Shown: positions 11,411-25,201 of the stretch, one piece after another | How positions within the stretch are numbered: position 1 is the first letter of the stretch | Layout: each line of letters begins with the position of its first letter | DNA from: Mobula hypostoma | Lineage: Eukaryota | Assembly (NCBI RefSeq): GCF_963921235.1 | Contig: NC_086108.1 | Coordinates: 81,284,001 to 81,348,000 of the forward strand | Direction of reading: 5' to 3' | Length of the DNA: 64,000 nucleotides | Program-made: the position numbers and the translations under genes | The notes under the pieces: model-generated | What the model was told of the DNA's origin: nothing | Databases searched by the model: none | The model's input: the letters and a program-made list of their open reading frames with translations, nothing else

Positions 11411-14400
11411 GTCTCTTGGTCATCTCGTGTCTTTAGTCCTGCCTCTGACAAGTTCCCTACCGATGTCATCATAATACATTTTTTTTTCTTATTGTGCAGT
11501 CTCTGGATACATTGTCCAATTCACAAATTCTCCACAAAGCACCAGCATGCAGGGAAATTGCAAAAATGGGTTTGAAGGTGAAAACTTTTCAGCTTAAATG
11601 CAACTATGAAGAAAACTGATGAAATAGCAATCTGCATTTAGAATGTCACTGAAAAGTATTGGAATCAACAGTGACAGAACAATTATGATAATGTGAAAAG
11701 AACTTGCAAACATGATAATTACTCACATTGCAATAGTGGAGAATCAATAAAAAGACAACCGTGAATAATTCTTTGAAGATGCTTTAACTTTCAAAGTAAG
11801 TATATCACTAATATCTCTGTTTAAAGGTGGGCAGCACTTGTATCTGGGAGTTTGCATAGCTGGCTTGAAACTTGGATACTTTGTATCAAATTGCATCTAT
11901 TTAGCCTGGTATCCATTACAATATTCATTTTAAAAAAGGCATTTGTTGAATATAATACAGGAGTAATCACATAAAAAAGATTTTACAACTGTCAGATTCT
12001 CAAGTACTGCAAATGGAACTCATAAACAATATAAAGTTCTGCAATTTTAATTTTAAAACTTATTTTATTGACACTTTTATTGATGATTGTCTGCAGTTCA
12101 GTTTAAATCACATGGAGTTTCTTCAGGAAGAGTGTCAACCCCTTATAGCTCTCTTATATTGCATTATATGATTGATCAGTCAATTATAACAATTTTATAT
12201 AATTACAGTTTCAGAGTTCTGTTTACTGTAGCAATGGATTCATTGTACAAGTGCTGAATTATCAACTTTCCTAAATGTGGCTGCATTTTTTGCTTATATG
12301 AACAGTGACGAAACAACATCTTACGATTATGTCGAAGCTAGGCAGTTGGAACTGTTAGCAATGTCGTTTGGGGAGATGGCACGTGAGAGATTGCCGAAAA
12401 GGGTTTCTGGTTAGAATTCAGGGGCGTGTAATGTGGAGTTTCTGGTCAGAGCACTGGAAACAGCCAAACAAATGACCATTCAAGTGAAGCACAGTTGCTA
12501 AAACCTAGTGGGCCTCCAACTCACATTCCTGCATGCGATTGTCACCCACTCCCACCAGCTTCCCGCCACCAGTTAAAAATTTGCATCTGCATTCCCAAAA
12601 ATCATAAAGTTTGTTACATGCTTACATATGGGATTGTTGCAACATGATATCCTGAAACGAGCTATATATCAAATGAAAGATGTATTTCTTCACAAGTTAA
12701 ACCAAAGATTTATTCTTATATCGCTGCAAGTATTAATCATAACTCATTAAAGGAATGACTATTTATGTTGCTCTTGAAAGGAATGTTGAAACAAAGTCTT
12801 TTCTGCTGCCAGCTCTCGGAGAATAAGCCTTGCTGTAAAAAGCTATAACACTAGAGTCGGTTGTAACATCACCTTGACCTTGAAGCCAGGTAAAGGCTTT
12901 CCCTTAATAAAACTATGGCTAAGTCTCAACTTTTCATCCATTCAACAACAAATAGTCAGGTTTTCTTATGTCTTTCTTTTTAACATAGATTGGATTTCAG
13001 TACCTTTATTAAAAGGTTGAAATATTTAATAGATTGAAGCTTTCCAGAGATGTATAATAAGTTGCCATTTCACTATCACTCACTTCACGCTAACACACAG
13101 TCAGAATTAAGTCCATGTGCGGGTAGAAGTGAGTACAGATCACATGTGAGGAAGAGAACAGATTACTTGCAGAATACACTAAATGGGCGCAGATTAAGTG
13201 GGTGCAGGAAGCGAGGAGTACAGACCACCACTAGATGTGTGATTTGCAGAGGATAGTACACATTAGCTGGGATATTTTAACAGCTTCCAGATTTGAACTA
13301 CACATAGCACATATGGCAAAGAGATACAAAAATGTTCCACAAAAAATAATGTGTATAATGGGAGGTTTCACCCTCGTGATAACGTAGGGACATGTGCGTG
13401 CCAGATAATTTCTCAGATCAGATTTCCAAGGGCTCATATCAATAATCCAAGGCAGAACTGACGTGGAGTAAAATTCCACTTCCTGTCCCCATTTTGGAAG
13501 CAATTAGTCTTATACAATAAAATGAAAGGTATTGTGATGTGTGGGGATTCAGGACTGATTATTCTTGTGACTACAGCCTCCCTAATGATTGCATGGCCTC
13601 TGAAACCTTGGCTACATGGAAATTTTAATAGCATAAGCTCGCTGCGGATGGAACACGGACACTGAAAATGTCACAGTCCTGTAGCGCTTTATTTAAATTC
13701 TGCCTCCCCTAATTTCTCCTCTGCAGGAGCCATTTTACAGCCTCGTGGGATATGGGTGTCTGCTTCCTTTGCTGCAACAATTACAGTGGCATTTCTCTTT
13801 TTGCTGTGATCTTTTCGCTCAGTTAAGGTCAATTATATACATACAGAATCCACCAACCAGTGATCCGTACACGCTTATTCAAACTGAGTGTATGGTTAAT
13901 TGGTTCAATCAACTTGTAAATAAATAAGAAATAACACAAGGTTGAAACATTGTGTCTCTTTCACAGCAGGCTTGTGTGAAGCGCGTTCCCTACCTTACAC
14001 CCCTTCTATTCTTGTCACACACCCTTGGCAGTTTGAAGGTCAACAAAGAAGCCCATTCCTGTGTCCATGGGACAGCTACAGGGTGGAGCTTGCGGCTAAT
14101 AAAGTTTTGCCATCTCGTGCGTGGACTAGGCTGAATTTGAAATGGACGTTATAGAGAATTGTGGTGCGAAAACCTCTTACTCTGTTGCTCGTGCCGTCGT
14201 ACATTAGCACGCGAGTGCCATATTTCAACAGACCGTTGCTCGTTAGCCTCTTTACGCTGATCAACAGTGCAAGGATCCGGATAAAACCACTAAACAAGAT
14301 GGAGCACATGCTCACAGCACTCATGCAAAGGAAATGGGGGAAAAATTATTCTGGGATTGCCTCCATCACATGCTGCAGAAACACTTCTTCACCAAAGGCA

Positions 14401-17400
14401 AACAATATGCGAAGGTTTTGCGGTGAAACAAAATACTATCAGCCAAGATGTACTCTGGTTTTCCCTGTTCTAGTGCAAAACATTTCACTTGAGAGATTGG
14501 CAAAATAAAAGGCTTTCCGGTTTCTGTGCAGATATATTTTTTTAAATACTCAATGGCCGTCTGACACTTAAGTGTGATTCATATGTTTACTTGGGAAGGG
14601 CAATGGGTTTATTAAGTTGATTATCGTGAAAAAGCAATGTAGCAGGGCAATTCTTTCGACGGGCAGTGGATTTGCAGGTTTGGCATCCTTTCGAGCGATA
14701 GTTTTTCACCCATAAAATGGGGAAGATAAAGTTCTCCAGAAAATAAAAGTATACTTGACTTTGCAAAGTGTATAAATAAAGTTTGCAGAAGCAGCAAGAT
14801 GAGGCTTCTTTTAAAATCTCCATATCGAGGAATAAAATATTGCACAAAATCAGAATAAATTATTTACAACAAATGAAATTATGTCAATGAAGGACTGGGC
14901 TATCAACCCAAGTGGGTATTAGTAATGAGTTTTGAAGGGAGAATAGGATATATTGGCCCTTAGTCTGAAATAGGCCCACATAAAATTATCTTTTTAAATA
15001 CAGTAATTAATGGGTACTGCATACTGTGTTTTTGTGGTCGCAATACTTGTTCCCATATTTTCCTCATAAGACAAGGAAACTCATACTTCATTCTAAATCT
15101 CCCTATATTTATAAAGCTGTGAGTGAATGCAATATCCTAGACAGATATTACATTTTCCACCCAAACAGACCTTTCCATAGTACCTTTCACTCTAATGATA
15201 TTACTAAGCTTTGCCCGTGACTAACTATATATTTAGAATACCACAAGGATGTCATTTCATTTTTCAATAGGAGAATGAGTGAACAGCTTAATTAACATCC
15301 GGGTCTGTACCTTTCAGGAGGTCAGTAGAGCAAGCATAGCTCTTCTCTCACGTAAACCTGTCACTCCAAATATATACAAGTCTGCAAGAAGCAAAGTCTC
15401 GTGACAAGCATATTTTAAAAAATCCAGATAAGAGTTTCTTCTTGACTGTTCACAGTAGTAAAGTCCCTTTGCCCTGATACAGGCACATCAAATGATATTA
15501 AATTTATTCTATCAGGGGCTTCAAAGTGCAACTATATTCAGTGAAGTATAGATGTAAGTTTGAGATTTTATTTCGGAATTAGTCACAAATTAGTGTCAAC
15601 TATTTTCCATCAACATTTAACAGTGATATGGTAAACGGAGCTAGTAAGTGGGAAGATCTGCAAAGATGGAAGAGGGTGATGGAGAAAGGAAAAATAAATT
15701 GGAGGTGAAATATATTATGGTAATTGACATGTGAATTTATATTTTTGAATCTTTACATCCTGAGCATGAATCATAAAAGAATGTGGTGGGTATGATGAAA
15801 CTTTATTTAGATTTATGGAAAGTAGGCTAGAGGCTTTGGCAAACAGGAAGCTCTTTGAAAGGGATAATATAGAGTCTACATTTAGAACTCAGTACTGTTT
15901 TATTACTTTCCATATTTTTTCTTTAAGACTAATTGCCTCATGCTTAATAATACAAATACTACTTCCTGCATACTGTCTGTCCTCCTGTTTCTTTTGTTCA
16001 TTCTCTCTCTCTCCTCCTCTTCCTCTCTTTCTCTTCATAAATTAGGAGCAGATAAAATGGATGTAATCAACTTACAGCGAAAACCTTGTTACTACAAACC
16101 ATCCTTTATAACATCCTGTTTCCTTGGTCCTCGCTGAAACTCCATTATAACTGAGATGGCACCAAAGCTGCTCCTTCTCTGGGAGCCGACTGCCTCTTTT
16201 GCCAAATTCATAAATTTATAACAATGAGATGAGATTGTATATTATAGCAAAAGGATCAAAATCATAGCCGACAAAGAGCAAATTTGAGTAATTCAGTCAG
16301 AAATCTTATAAAAGTAAAGAGACGGAATTGGTTTCATTGTGCTCTGATTTCCAGCATCGATAATAATTTCTTCAGGAAAACAAAATTGGCGGGATTGTGA
16401 AGTTTTCCTATTATCTTTACTCCACCGTAGAATTATGTTAATTCAATACCCTATATACAAATGGCATTATCTCAAAAATAGCACAGAGGTCAAAAGAACT
16501 TTGTTGAATACCATCAACGGACACAGGTAAATATGATTTACAAGGGGTTAAACCAAGCAGAGGAATTTTGATCTATTTAACCAGAGCCAGAATAATGAAC
16601 AGCGTCAGGTCTATATGGTAACCATGATGAGAATTTTATCCAGTTTCAATGAGTCTCACCAAAATTTAGCTTTCAATGCATAAAATCATCCAGACAAAAG
16701 ACACTAGTTTATGTCATTGTACTCGATCATTTTTAAGAAGGGTAAAAGCTTACAATAAAATATGTTGACATTTGTTCAATAGTCAAAAACATGATTCAAC
16801 GGGTAAAAGTCATAGACTAATAATTTGAGATACTGACTGTGTACTAAGCACATCTGTATAACTAGGACAGGGCATGGAAAGAGTTAAAAATAACACTAAT
16901 GAGGAGAAAACCCTGTTTCAGGTAAAATATATACTCAGACAAATTTCCCTGAGAAAAACTCTGACGTTCGCTTCAGCCATATTTGAAGAGACAAAGGTGG
17001 TTTCTTTACATATATTAAGGCCACTATCGGACGTGTACACGTCTCATTTGTCTCAAATCTTCTGCTGCTTTCCGAACTCTGTCCTTTGACGTGCAAGAAC
17101 GGACTATTCGATAAATACATTGTGATAAGGGATTTTTGATCAATTGATATGTCAGAATTGTTCTTTAATTTTGTAGCAGTGAGCACAGCTTTATTTGTAC
17201 AGACACCCACGTCCTTTTAACATGAGTCAAAGGCAAAATTACAGCTAGCAGCAACCTTTTTAACCAACGTTCTTCAGAGATAACATGCTGATAGTAATAG
17301 TAATCCTGACCTTGCACTTACGTGTCTCAAAACAGGGTACATTAGACTAAAAGGATATACACGGTGGAAGAGTTTGTAAGAGTTTTAAACTGTTACTCAC

Positions 17401-18197
17401 AATCAAGCTGGTCTTCCCCTCCAGACGACTCGGGTTCAACAGGAACATATTTCGACATCATTACTTCATAGCTACAACATCCCATCTGGTGGTCAACTGC
17501 TTTCAACTTCTGAAAGGAAAAAAAAATGACTTTGTTTTAAAAAGGGCAGCCTCCCAAAACTCCTCCCTCCTCCCTTTTAGGGCAGGGACATGGTTAGTGG
17601 CTAGAAAGAATAAACCTTCTCAGATCATTCATGGTTTTTTTTTAGAAAGAAAGTCAGAACTCCACCCTGACATGGATTAATCAGAGGAAAAGAAATGAGA
17701 GGGAAGGTGGAAGCAGAGGACTGATTGCTAACAATAAATAGTTTCTCTGAGACAGAATCACAAGTCTGCAAATTCCCACCTTGCTCTTGAACTGGGTTAC
17801 TGATCTGTGAAGTACAGTACACAAGGCTTTGTAACTTTCACCTGCTGTGTGCATGTGTCTAGAGTTCTTATCGATGATAATGCCTATGAGTCAGCGAGAG
17901 GGACCCCACCCAGCGTGGGCGGCCAGAGTTGTCATTCATGCTTAAAACTGCTGGCACCAAACAGACAAATGCCTATCTTTTAATGACCTGTGTAGACAGA
18001 TTTTTTTTTTGATATTCCTCAAAGTTTTATTCTTTTAACTCTAACATTCAAACCACCTAATTTCAAGAATTCCAGTCTGCTATAAAAATTCATTTCAACG
18101 CTAGCCTCACTTTGGCACTTCAAATGGCTGAGCAAACCTCATGGTTATTTGCTTCAATTAATAAATACAGATTAGCGCAATCCCATTTATAATAAAA

Positions 18198-18340
18198 ATA
18201 GAAAGTGCCTGAATCACTCAGCAAGTCAGGCAACATTAGTAGAAAGAGAAACAGATTGCATTTGAAGTTGAGGACATTCATATGCTGCCTGACCTGTCGA
18301 GTATCTTCAGTACTTTCTGTCTTAGGTCAGATTCCAGCAG
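18198..18340. repeat. Old, short inverted pair of PLE terminal sequence
   Basis: gaaagtgcctgaatcactcagcaagtcaggcaaca on the left versus tgctgcctgacctgtcgagtatcttcagtactttc on the right. Confidence 0.6.
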
Positions 18341-18444
18341 CCACGTTTTTTTGATTTACAGTGTAACGTTAGTCTTTAGTGATGTACTTCAGGCAATGAT
18401 GATCGTCCTCCCCCCATCTTCATCTGCATCCCTCTAGAAAAATT

Positions 18445-18838
18445 GCAAAAGCCATCATCAAGGACCCCTACCACCCAGACCATGCACTCTTCTTGTGCAG
18501 CTATTGGCAAAAGAGGTACAGAAGCCTTAGGTCTGACATCACCAAGTTCACAAACAGTTATTACCCCTCAACCATCAGGCTTACAAACCAGCGTACTGAT
18601 CACTGAACACAACCTGTGGACTCACTTTAAAGGACTCTCCAACTCATCTTTTCAGTATTATTTATTGATTTATCTATCTATCTATCTATTTATTTATTTA
18701 TTTATTATTACTTGCTTCTTTTTGTACTTGCACAATTTGTCAGTCTTTGTGTGTAGTTTCTCCTTGATTCTATTGCACTTCTTTGTTCTACTATGAATAC
18801 CCGTAAGAAAATGAATCTAAGGTATCATTTGGTGACAT
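18445..18838 (+). mobile_element. Rex1/Babar-like LINE 3' remnant
   Basis: ccatcatcaaggacccctaccacccagaccatgcactcttc and a typical AT-rich 3' UTR with a (tatt)n run. Confidence 0.7.
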
Positions 18839-18841
18839 AGA

Positions 18842-20640
18842 CCGTAAAACCGTAAGATATAGGAACAGAATTAGGCCATTTGGCCCATCAAGTCTGCTCC
18901 ACCATTTCATCATGGCTGATCCAATTTTCTTTTCAGCCCCAAACTCCTGCCCTCCCTTCATGCCCTGACCAATCAAGAATTTATCAACCTTTGTCTTAAA
19001 TATATGTAAAGACTTGGCTTCCACAGCTGCCTGTAGCAATGAATTCCACAGATTCACCACTCTATGGCTAAAGAAATAGCTCCTCATCACCATTCATCAA
19101 CCGTGTTGGCATCCATTAACTGTGGGATTGAGTTCAAGAGCTGTGAGGTAATGTTACAGCTATACCTGTTACACCTTGGTCAGACCCCTCTTGGAATACT
19201 GTGTTCAGTTCTGGTCACCTCACCCAGAAAGGATGTGGATACTATAGAAAGAGTGCAGAGGAGATTTACAGGAGCGTTGTCTGGATTGGGGAGCATGCCT
19301 TATGAGAATAGGTTGAGTGAACTTGGCTTTTCTCCTTGGAGCGACGGAGGGTGAGAGGTGACCTGATAAAGGTGTATAAGATGATGAGAGGCATTGATCG
19401 TGTGGATAGTCAGAGGCTTTTTCCCAGGGCCAAAATGGCTAACCCAGGGTGGGGGGGGGGCATAGTTTTAAGATGCTTGGAAGTACGTACAGAGGGGTTG
19501 TCAGAGGTAAGTTTTTCACACAGCAACGGTGGTGGAGGCGGATACAATAGGGCTCTTTTAGAGGTTCTTAGATTGGTGCATGGAGCTTAGAAAAATAGAG
19601 GGCTATGTGGTAGGGTAATTCAGGTGTTCTAAAGTAGGTTACATAGTCAGTACAACATTGTGGGCTGAAGGGCCTGTACTTCGCTGTAGATTTCTATATT
19701 CTATGTCCTATTCTAAAAGGACGCACCGCTATTTTGAGGCTGTGTACTCTGACCTTAGACACTTCCACCATAGGAAACATCCTTTCCACATCCACTCTAT
19801 AAAGGCCTTTCACCATTCGATAGATTTCAATTAGGTCACCCCTCATTCCTCCAAATTCCAGTGAATACAGATCCACAGCCATCAAATACTCTTCATATGA
19901 GAAGCCATGCAATCCTGAAAACATTTTCATGAATCTCCTTTGAACCCTCTCCAGTTTCAGCACATCCTTTCTAAGATAAGGGTCTCATCACAGTGCACAA
20001 GGCTCCAAGTGAGGCCTCACCAGTGTGTTATAAAGTCTCAACATTACTTCCTTCCTTTTATATTCTAGTCTTCTTGAAATGAATGCTAACACTGCTTTTG
20101 CCTTCCTCACCAACAACTCAACCTGCAAATTAACCTTAAGGGAATCCTGCATGAGCACACCCAAATCCCTTCGTGTCTGTGTTTTTTTATTCTCCTCTTC
20201 ATGTAGAAAATAGTCTACCCTTTTATTTCTTCTACCAATGTGCATGACCATACACTTCCCGACACTGTATTCCGTCTGCCACTTCTTTACCCATTCTCCT
20301 AATCTGTTCTACGTCCTTCTGCAGACTCCCTATTTCCTCAAAACCACCTGCCCCTCCACCTATCTTCACCATCTGCAAACTTTGTGACAAAGCCATCAAA
20401 TCCATCATCTGAATCAATCCCAACATAGACCCCTGTGGAACACCACTAGTCACCGGCAGCCAACCAGAAAAGGCTCCCATTATTCCCTCTCTTTGCCTTA
20501 TGCCAATCAGCCACTGCTTTATCCATGCTAGAATCTTCCCGTAATACCATGGGCTCGTAGCTTGTTAAGCAGTCTCCTGTGTGGCACCTTGTCAAATGCC
20601 ATCTGAAAATCCAAGTTCAACTGATTTTCCTTTGTCTAAC
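18842..20640 (-). mobile_element. CR1 LINE (18842-19090 and 19707-20640) interrupted by an opposite-strand CR1
   Basis: ORFs with SGVPQGSMLG, RDLGVLM, LVRPHLE, LERVQRRF, FFSHRVVNLWNSL. Confidence 0.88.
19100..19705 (+). mobile_element. CR1 LINE 3' fragment (second family)
   Basis: IERVQRRFT, RRVRGDLIKVYKMMRG; ttctat-repeat tail. Confidence 0.88.
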
Positions 20641-20869
20641 CTACATACCATCAGCCGATTCTCCCTTGTCTATTCTAGTCTACATATGTACTTTGATAAT
20701 AAATTTGCTTTGAACTTTCAAAAATATCCCCGCAAGGTATCTTGCTTTCCTTCACTTAACTTTCATCACACTGTTTCGTGACAAATTTGTTTCAGTCTAG
20801 TTACACAGTCAAATACCTACTTTAAAAATATTCTTGTTTCCCTTTTAACTAAAGACTGTGATCAAAGTT

Positions 20870-21765
20870 TAAAGTTCAAAGGAAAATTATTATGATACTA
20901 CATATATGTCACCATATACAACCATGAGAGTTATTTTCTTGTGGGCATGCACAGTAAATCCAAGAAACACAATATTAAAAGACGACACCCAAAAGGACAG
21001 ACTGAACAATGTGCAAAAAACAAACTGAAAATACAAATAGAAAAAAAGTAAATAATAATAATAATAAATACATAAGCAATAAGTATCAAGAACATGAGAT
21101 GAAGAGTCCTTTAAAGTGAGTCCATAGGTGTGACAATGCTCCATATAGATGTGCTTAATGGTGGAGAGTGTTTTAGCCATGATGGACTGGGCCATATCCA
21201 CTACTTTTTGTAGTCTTTTCCATTCAAGAGCATTCATTGGCTTTTCCATACAAGGCCGTGATGCAACTAGTCAATAAACTTTCCACTATACATCCATAGA
21301 ATTTCGCCAAAATTTTAGATGATGTGCCAAATTTTTGCAAACTTCTAAGGACGTAGAAACGCTGCCGTGCTTTCTTCATAATGGCACTTGCGTGCTGTAC
21401 CCAGGACAAATCTTTTGAAATGATTACACTGAGGAATTTAAAGCTGCTGACCCCCTCCACCTCTGGCTCAAAGGCCTCCAGTTTCCTCCTCCTGAAGTCA
21501 ATAATCAAGCTCCTCTGTCTTGCTGACATTGAGTGAGGGGTTGTTAGTCCAGATATTCAGTCTCCCTCCTATATGCTGATTCATCACCACCTTTGATTCA
21601 GCCAATGACATTGGTGTTGTCAGCAAACCTAAATAAGGCGTAGGAGCTGTGCTTATCCTGACAGTCATAAGGTTAAAGTGAGTAGAGCAGGGGGCTAACC
21701 ACATAGCCTTCTTGTACACCTGCGCTGATGGAAATTGAGGAGGAGATTTTGTTGCCAATCTGAAC
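20870..21765 (-). mobile_element. Rex1/Babar-like LINE, degenerate
   Basis: VSSFKFL, KKARQRFYVLRSLQKFG, FYGCIVESLLTSCIT, LQKVVDMAQSI. Confidence 0.85.
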
Positions 21766-24700
21766 ATCCTCAATGGGGATAATTTCAAAGACAATAAAAT
21801 GGAACAAAATTAATTGGAAACTTTTCCACATTATATAATGGATTTGAAAATGGAAGTTATAGCAGATGAAATTAAATGAACAGTGGAAGCCTAAAAAATT
21901 CTAAAAATGGTAGAAGCAGATAAATGTTGCTCTTTACTTGGTCCTTTGTGTGTTTAGAGAAATAAGGAATGTAGATAAAGCAGCAAATAAAATGTACTTG
22001 AACAGGTACATAGATAGGAATGGTACAAAGAGATATGGCCAAATGCAGGTAAATGTGTAGCTCACTCAGATGGGAATCTTGATCAACATGTACCACTTGG
22101 GCCAAAGGGCCTGTTCCCACATGACAGTATAACTGGGATGGTGGGAGGATAAATGATATTTTGGTTTTTATTGGAAGGGTGTTGGGATGAAATCATTCAG
22201 TAGTTTAATTAGGCTACATATGTGTTTCTGTACCAAAGAAAGGATATGCTTACCTTAGAATTATTGCAGTGAAGATTCACGAGATTGATTCTGGGGGGTG
22301 GGGGGCAGAATTGATCTATAAGTAAGAAATTTGGGAAGTTTTTGCAACTTTCATTAGAGTTTCAATGAAAGAGAGATCACCTCAATGAAATGAACTAGAT
22401 GCTAGACAAAACTAACAGCAGAGAATTTGAGTCTTTAGGTATTTGAGTCAAAGGGGTAGATGGCCCAGTGGCCTTCTTTGGTGCAATAATTTTCTTTGAA
22501 ACTAGTTAATGTCCCTGGAAATTGGCAATTGGCAACTCAGTTTGGATGAAATTTCCCTTTGTTGTTTACGATGGATATTCACTCCTGACCAGCAGGCATC
22601 TTGGTTGTTTGTTAACCTTGCTTTCTGAACATAGCAGCTACCATTTGTTAAGTCACTTACAATTATAAGTAAACTCCAAGTTATAGTTGTTTGACTTCTG
22701 ATCATAAATGGAAATCAGTCTTTAGTTCTTAAAATGTATAGCAAGCTAATCAGCTTGAAGTTAAAACAAGTGCTGTTTATAGAACAGCTCTCCAAACAAG
22801 CTCTGTAGATAGTAAACACACTGCCTGTAAGAAGTAAGATTTAGCTCACTATATCTAGTTTATTACTGCTCAAGATGCAGTGTAAGATAATTGGTTGTTT
22901 AATTTGGCTTGTTTCAAACAGACAAGCTGACTTTAAGTTGCTTAGTTCAAGGAAGCTTGCAGAACCAAATGGATAATATCATTTAGCATATCAAATACCT
23001 GATATATTTATAGTTGGAAGGTTTATGTACTAAAGGAAGTTAGTTTTACAGTATTAATTGTGAACTGTGAACTATAAGCTGTGATCTATGTCTCCAAAAT
23101 ACTTTTAGACTACTTGTGTTAAAAAGGTGTCTGAAGAATATATATCATATATGTGTGAAGTCACTCAAGTGGTAGAAAAAGACTATACATGTAGAGAGCC
23201 ACACAGGCTTATTAGGAGTGGCTGAAGAACATCAAGAAGAATGATAGGAAGATGGGGTGACTAGAATCCATTCCTTTGGCTTTGGTTTCTGTGAATAATT
23301 CATTTATCTGTATTATCAGTATGTCTTTTTAGTTTATAAGAATTGTACTCATGTTTTCGAAATCCTTTGTGTTTTAGAAATGGTTTGTAATTTGGAAATG
23401 TTTTATAAGATAGAAATTCTCTGTGAGTTTTAAATGTATTTTAAGATTGTTGCTTAGATTTAAATGTGTATCACGGAAAATAAAGAATGATGTTTAAACT
23501 ACATTGTTAGCTGGAAGTGACGTTTCTTGGTAAGGAGGAGGGACCCACTGCTCAAATAGTGGGTATTGGCAGCTGAATTCACCATGGAGAATAAACAGAG
23601 AAGTAAATTAGTCTTTGAAGATTGGGTAGTTATAATATAATCTCCCTGCACTGAGAGTACTCTTGGCTATTTATATCTGAAAGGGCTTAAGGCCTTTGTT
23701 TGACTGTAGAACTTCATGGTCAGCAAACCCAAAACCATCACATGTTGAATTAATTCAAAGCTGGATTGAGGATGTTCTATGTAATAGAAGTAGCAAAAAC
23801 ATTGATTCTGTAAATGTTCTGTGAGATTTGACATGGTTGAATTATTCTCCAATCTATTATTCAAAGTATGTCTGTGCACCTTACTGAAACCATTCACATA
23901 ACACTGAATGTCTTAAGGTGCCACTTAACATTTCCCTTGATATTAACACAAATTTTCAAGAGAGCAGTTGGCCAATATTAGACCTTATAACTTTTTATAT
24001 TACTTCACTGTTTCTAACCTATTTCAGTATCACCTGTTATTCCCATAAACAGTCTTTACATCCCTTAAACTCTTAGGGATTGCAACAAGAACATTTACCC
24101 TTTTATCTGGCTTCTGCAAAGCCTTACATGCATCTGATTCTGGAAAATGGGTTAAACACCTGATAACTTGTTCATTGCTTGAAGAACGCAGTGGGAGTAT
24201 ATAGTTTTCAACACTCCCTGGTGTAGGAAAACAAAATAGATTCAGTTTGCTCACATTATAAATATAGGTATTAAAGCAGTTGCTTACTCATACTAGCATA
24301 AAATTTTATTTGGTTATACAAAGTTCACTGTGAATAGATAACCTACAATAAATTGGAATCATAGTTTTAGTGTATTGTTGACTTCCTTTACTGGAATATA
24401 GATGCTCGAGGAAAGTTCAGTCCAAATCATTTCTTCAGCATGGTAGTGTAAATGAAAAAACATGGAGGAAGAATTTAAATTTCAGGAATGAGTTAAAGTG
24501 GCTAATAAGGGTTCATGGTATTCATTATTGCCAATTATGATTTTTGATTTTTTTAAAAGTTTTTCTCCGATGAAGTGTCAGATTTACAGAGTCACATTAT
24601 CACCTCTGTGTCAGAGAGTCTTCCTGGAGAAGAAGAACTCATCTCAACTGAATAGCATAATGCTGCATCCTCTGATAAAATGTTCATCTGAAGCCATGTC

Positions 24701-24889
24701 TGACTCTTCAGAGGGACATTAATGGTCCAAAGATACTTTACTGAAGAGTGAGGAAGACGAGACATGAAAACACATGCAAGATTTACAAATTAATTGCAAC
24801 ATAACTCTTTACTGTACTTTGCTATGCTTTCTGCACTTCATAGCTATATGTCACTACTACAATCAGTGATACACCATCAAACTGCAATT

Positions 24890-25200
24890 TTGAAGAATGA
24901 GGAATGGTCTTATTGATACATAATATGATCCAGAGGGGAGAACTACACGGTAGTTTGAGATGTTTTCACTAGTGGGAAAGCTACAAATGAGAGGACTTAG
25001 TTATAAGTGAAGGGACCAGTCACTTAAAACAGAAGTGAGTAGAAATTTCTTATTGCTTTGGAAAATGAATCTCTGAATTTTTTTTCAGAGGATAGTGAAT
25101 GCTTATTCAGTTCAAAAGAAAGCAATAGCTCAATAGTTCAATAGTTCAATCATGATTAGAATAGAGGGGCAGGCTTGATGAACACAGGGCTTATACCTGC
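24890..25200 (+). mobile_element. Degenerate CR1 3' fragment, host of the PLE inverted repeat
   Basis: aatgaggaatggtcttattga, agaaatttctt and a CR1-type tail that continues at 25865-25900. Confidence 0.6.
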
Positions 25201-25201
25201 T

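Noticed and set aside
13942..14508. Overlapping 60-115 aa ORFs in the repeat-free island
   Set aside because: No recognisable domain, several start at non-ATG codons, and no consistent exon structure.
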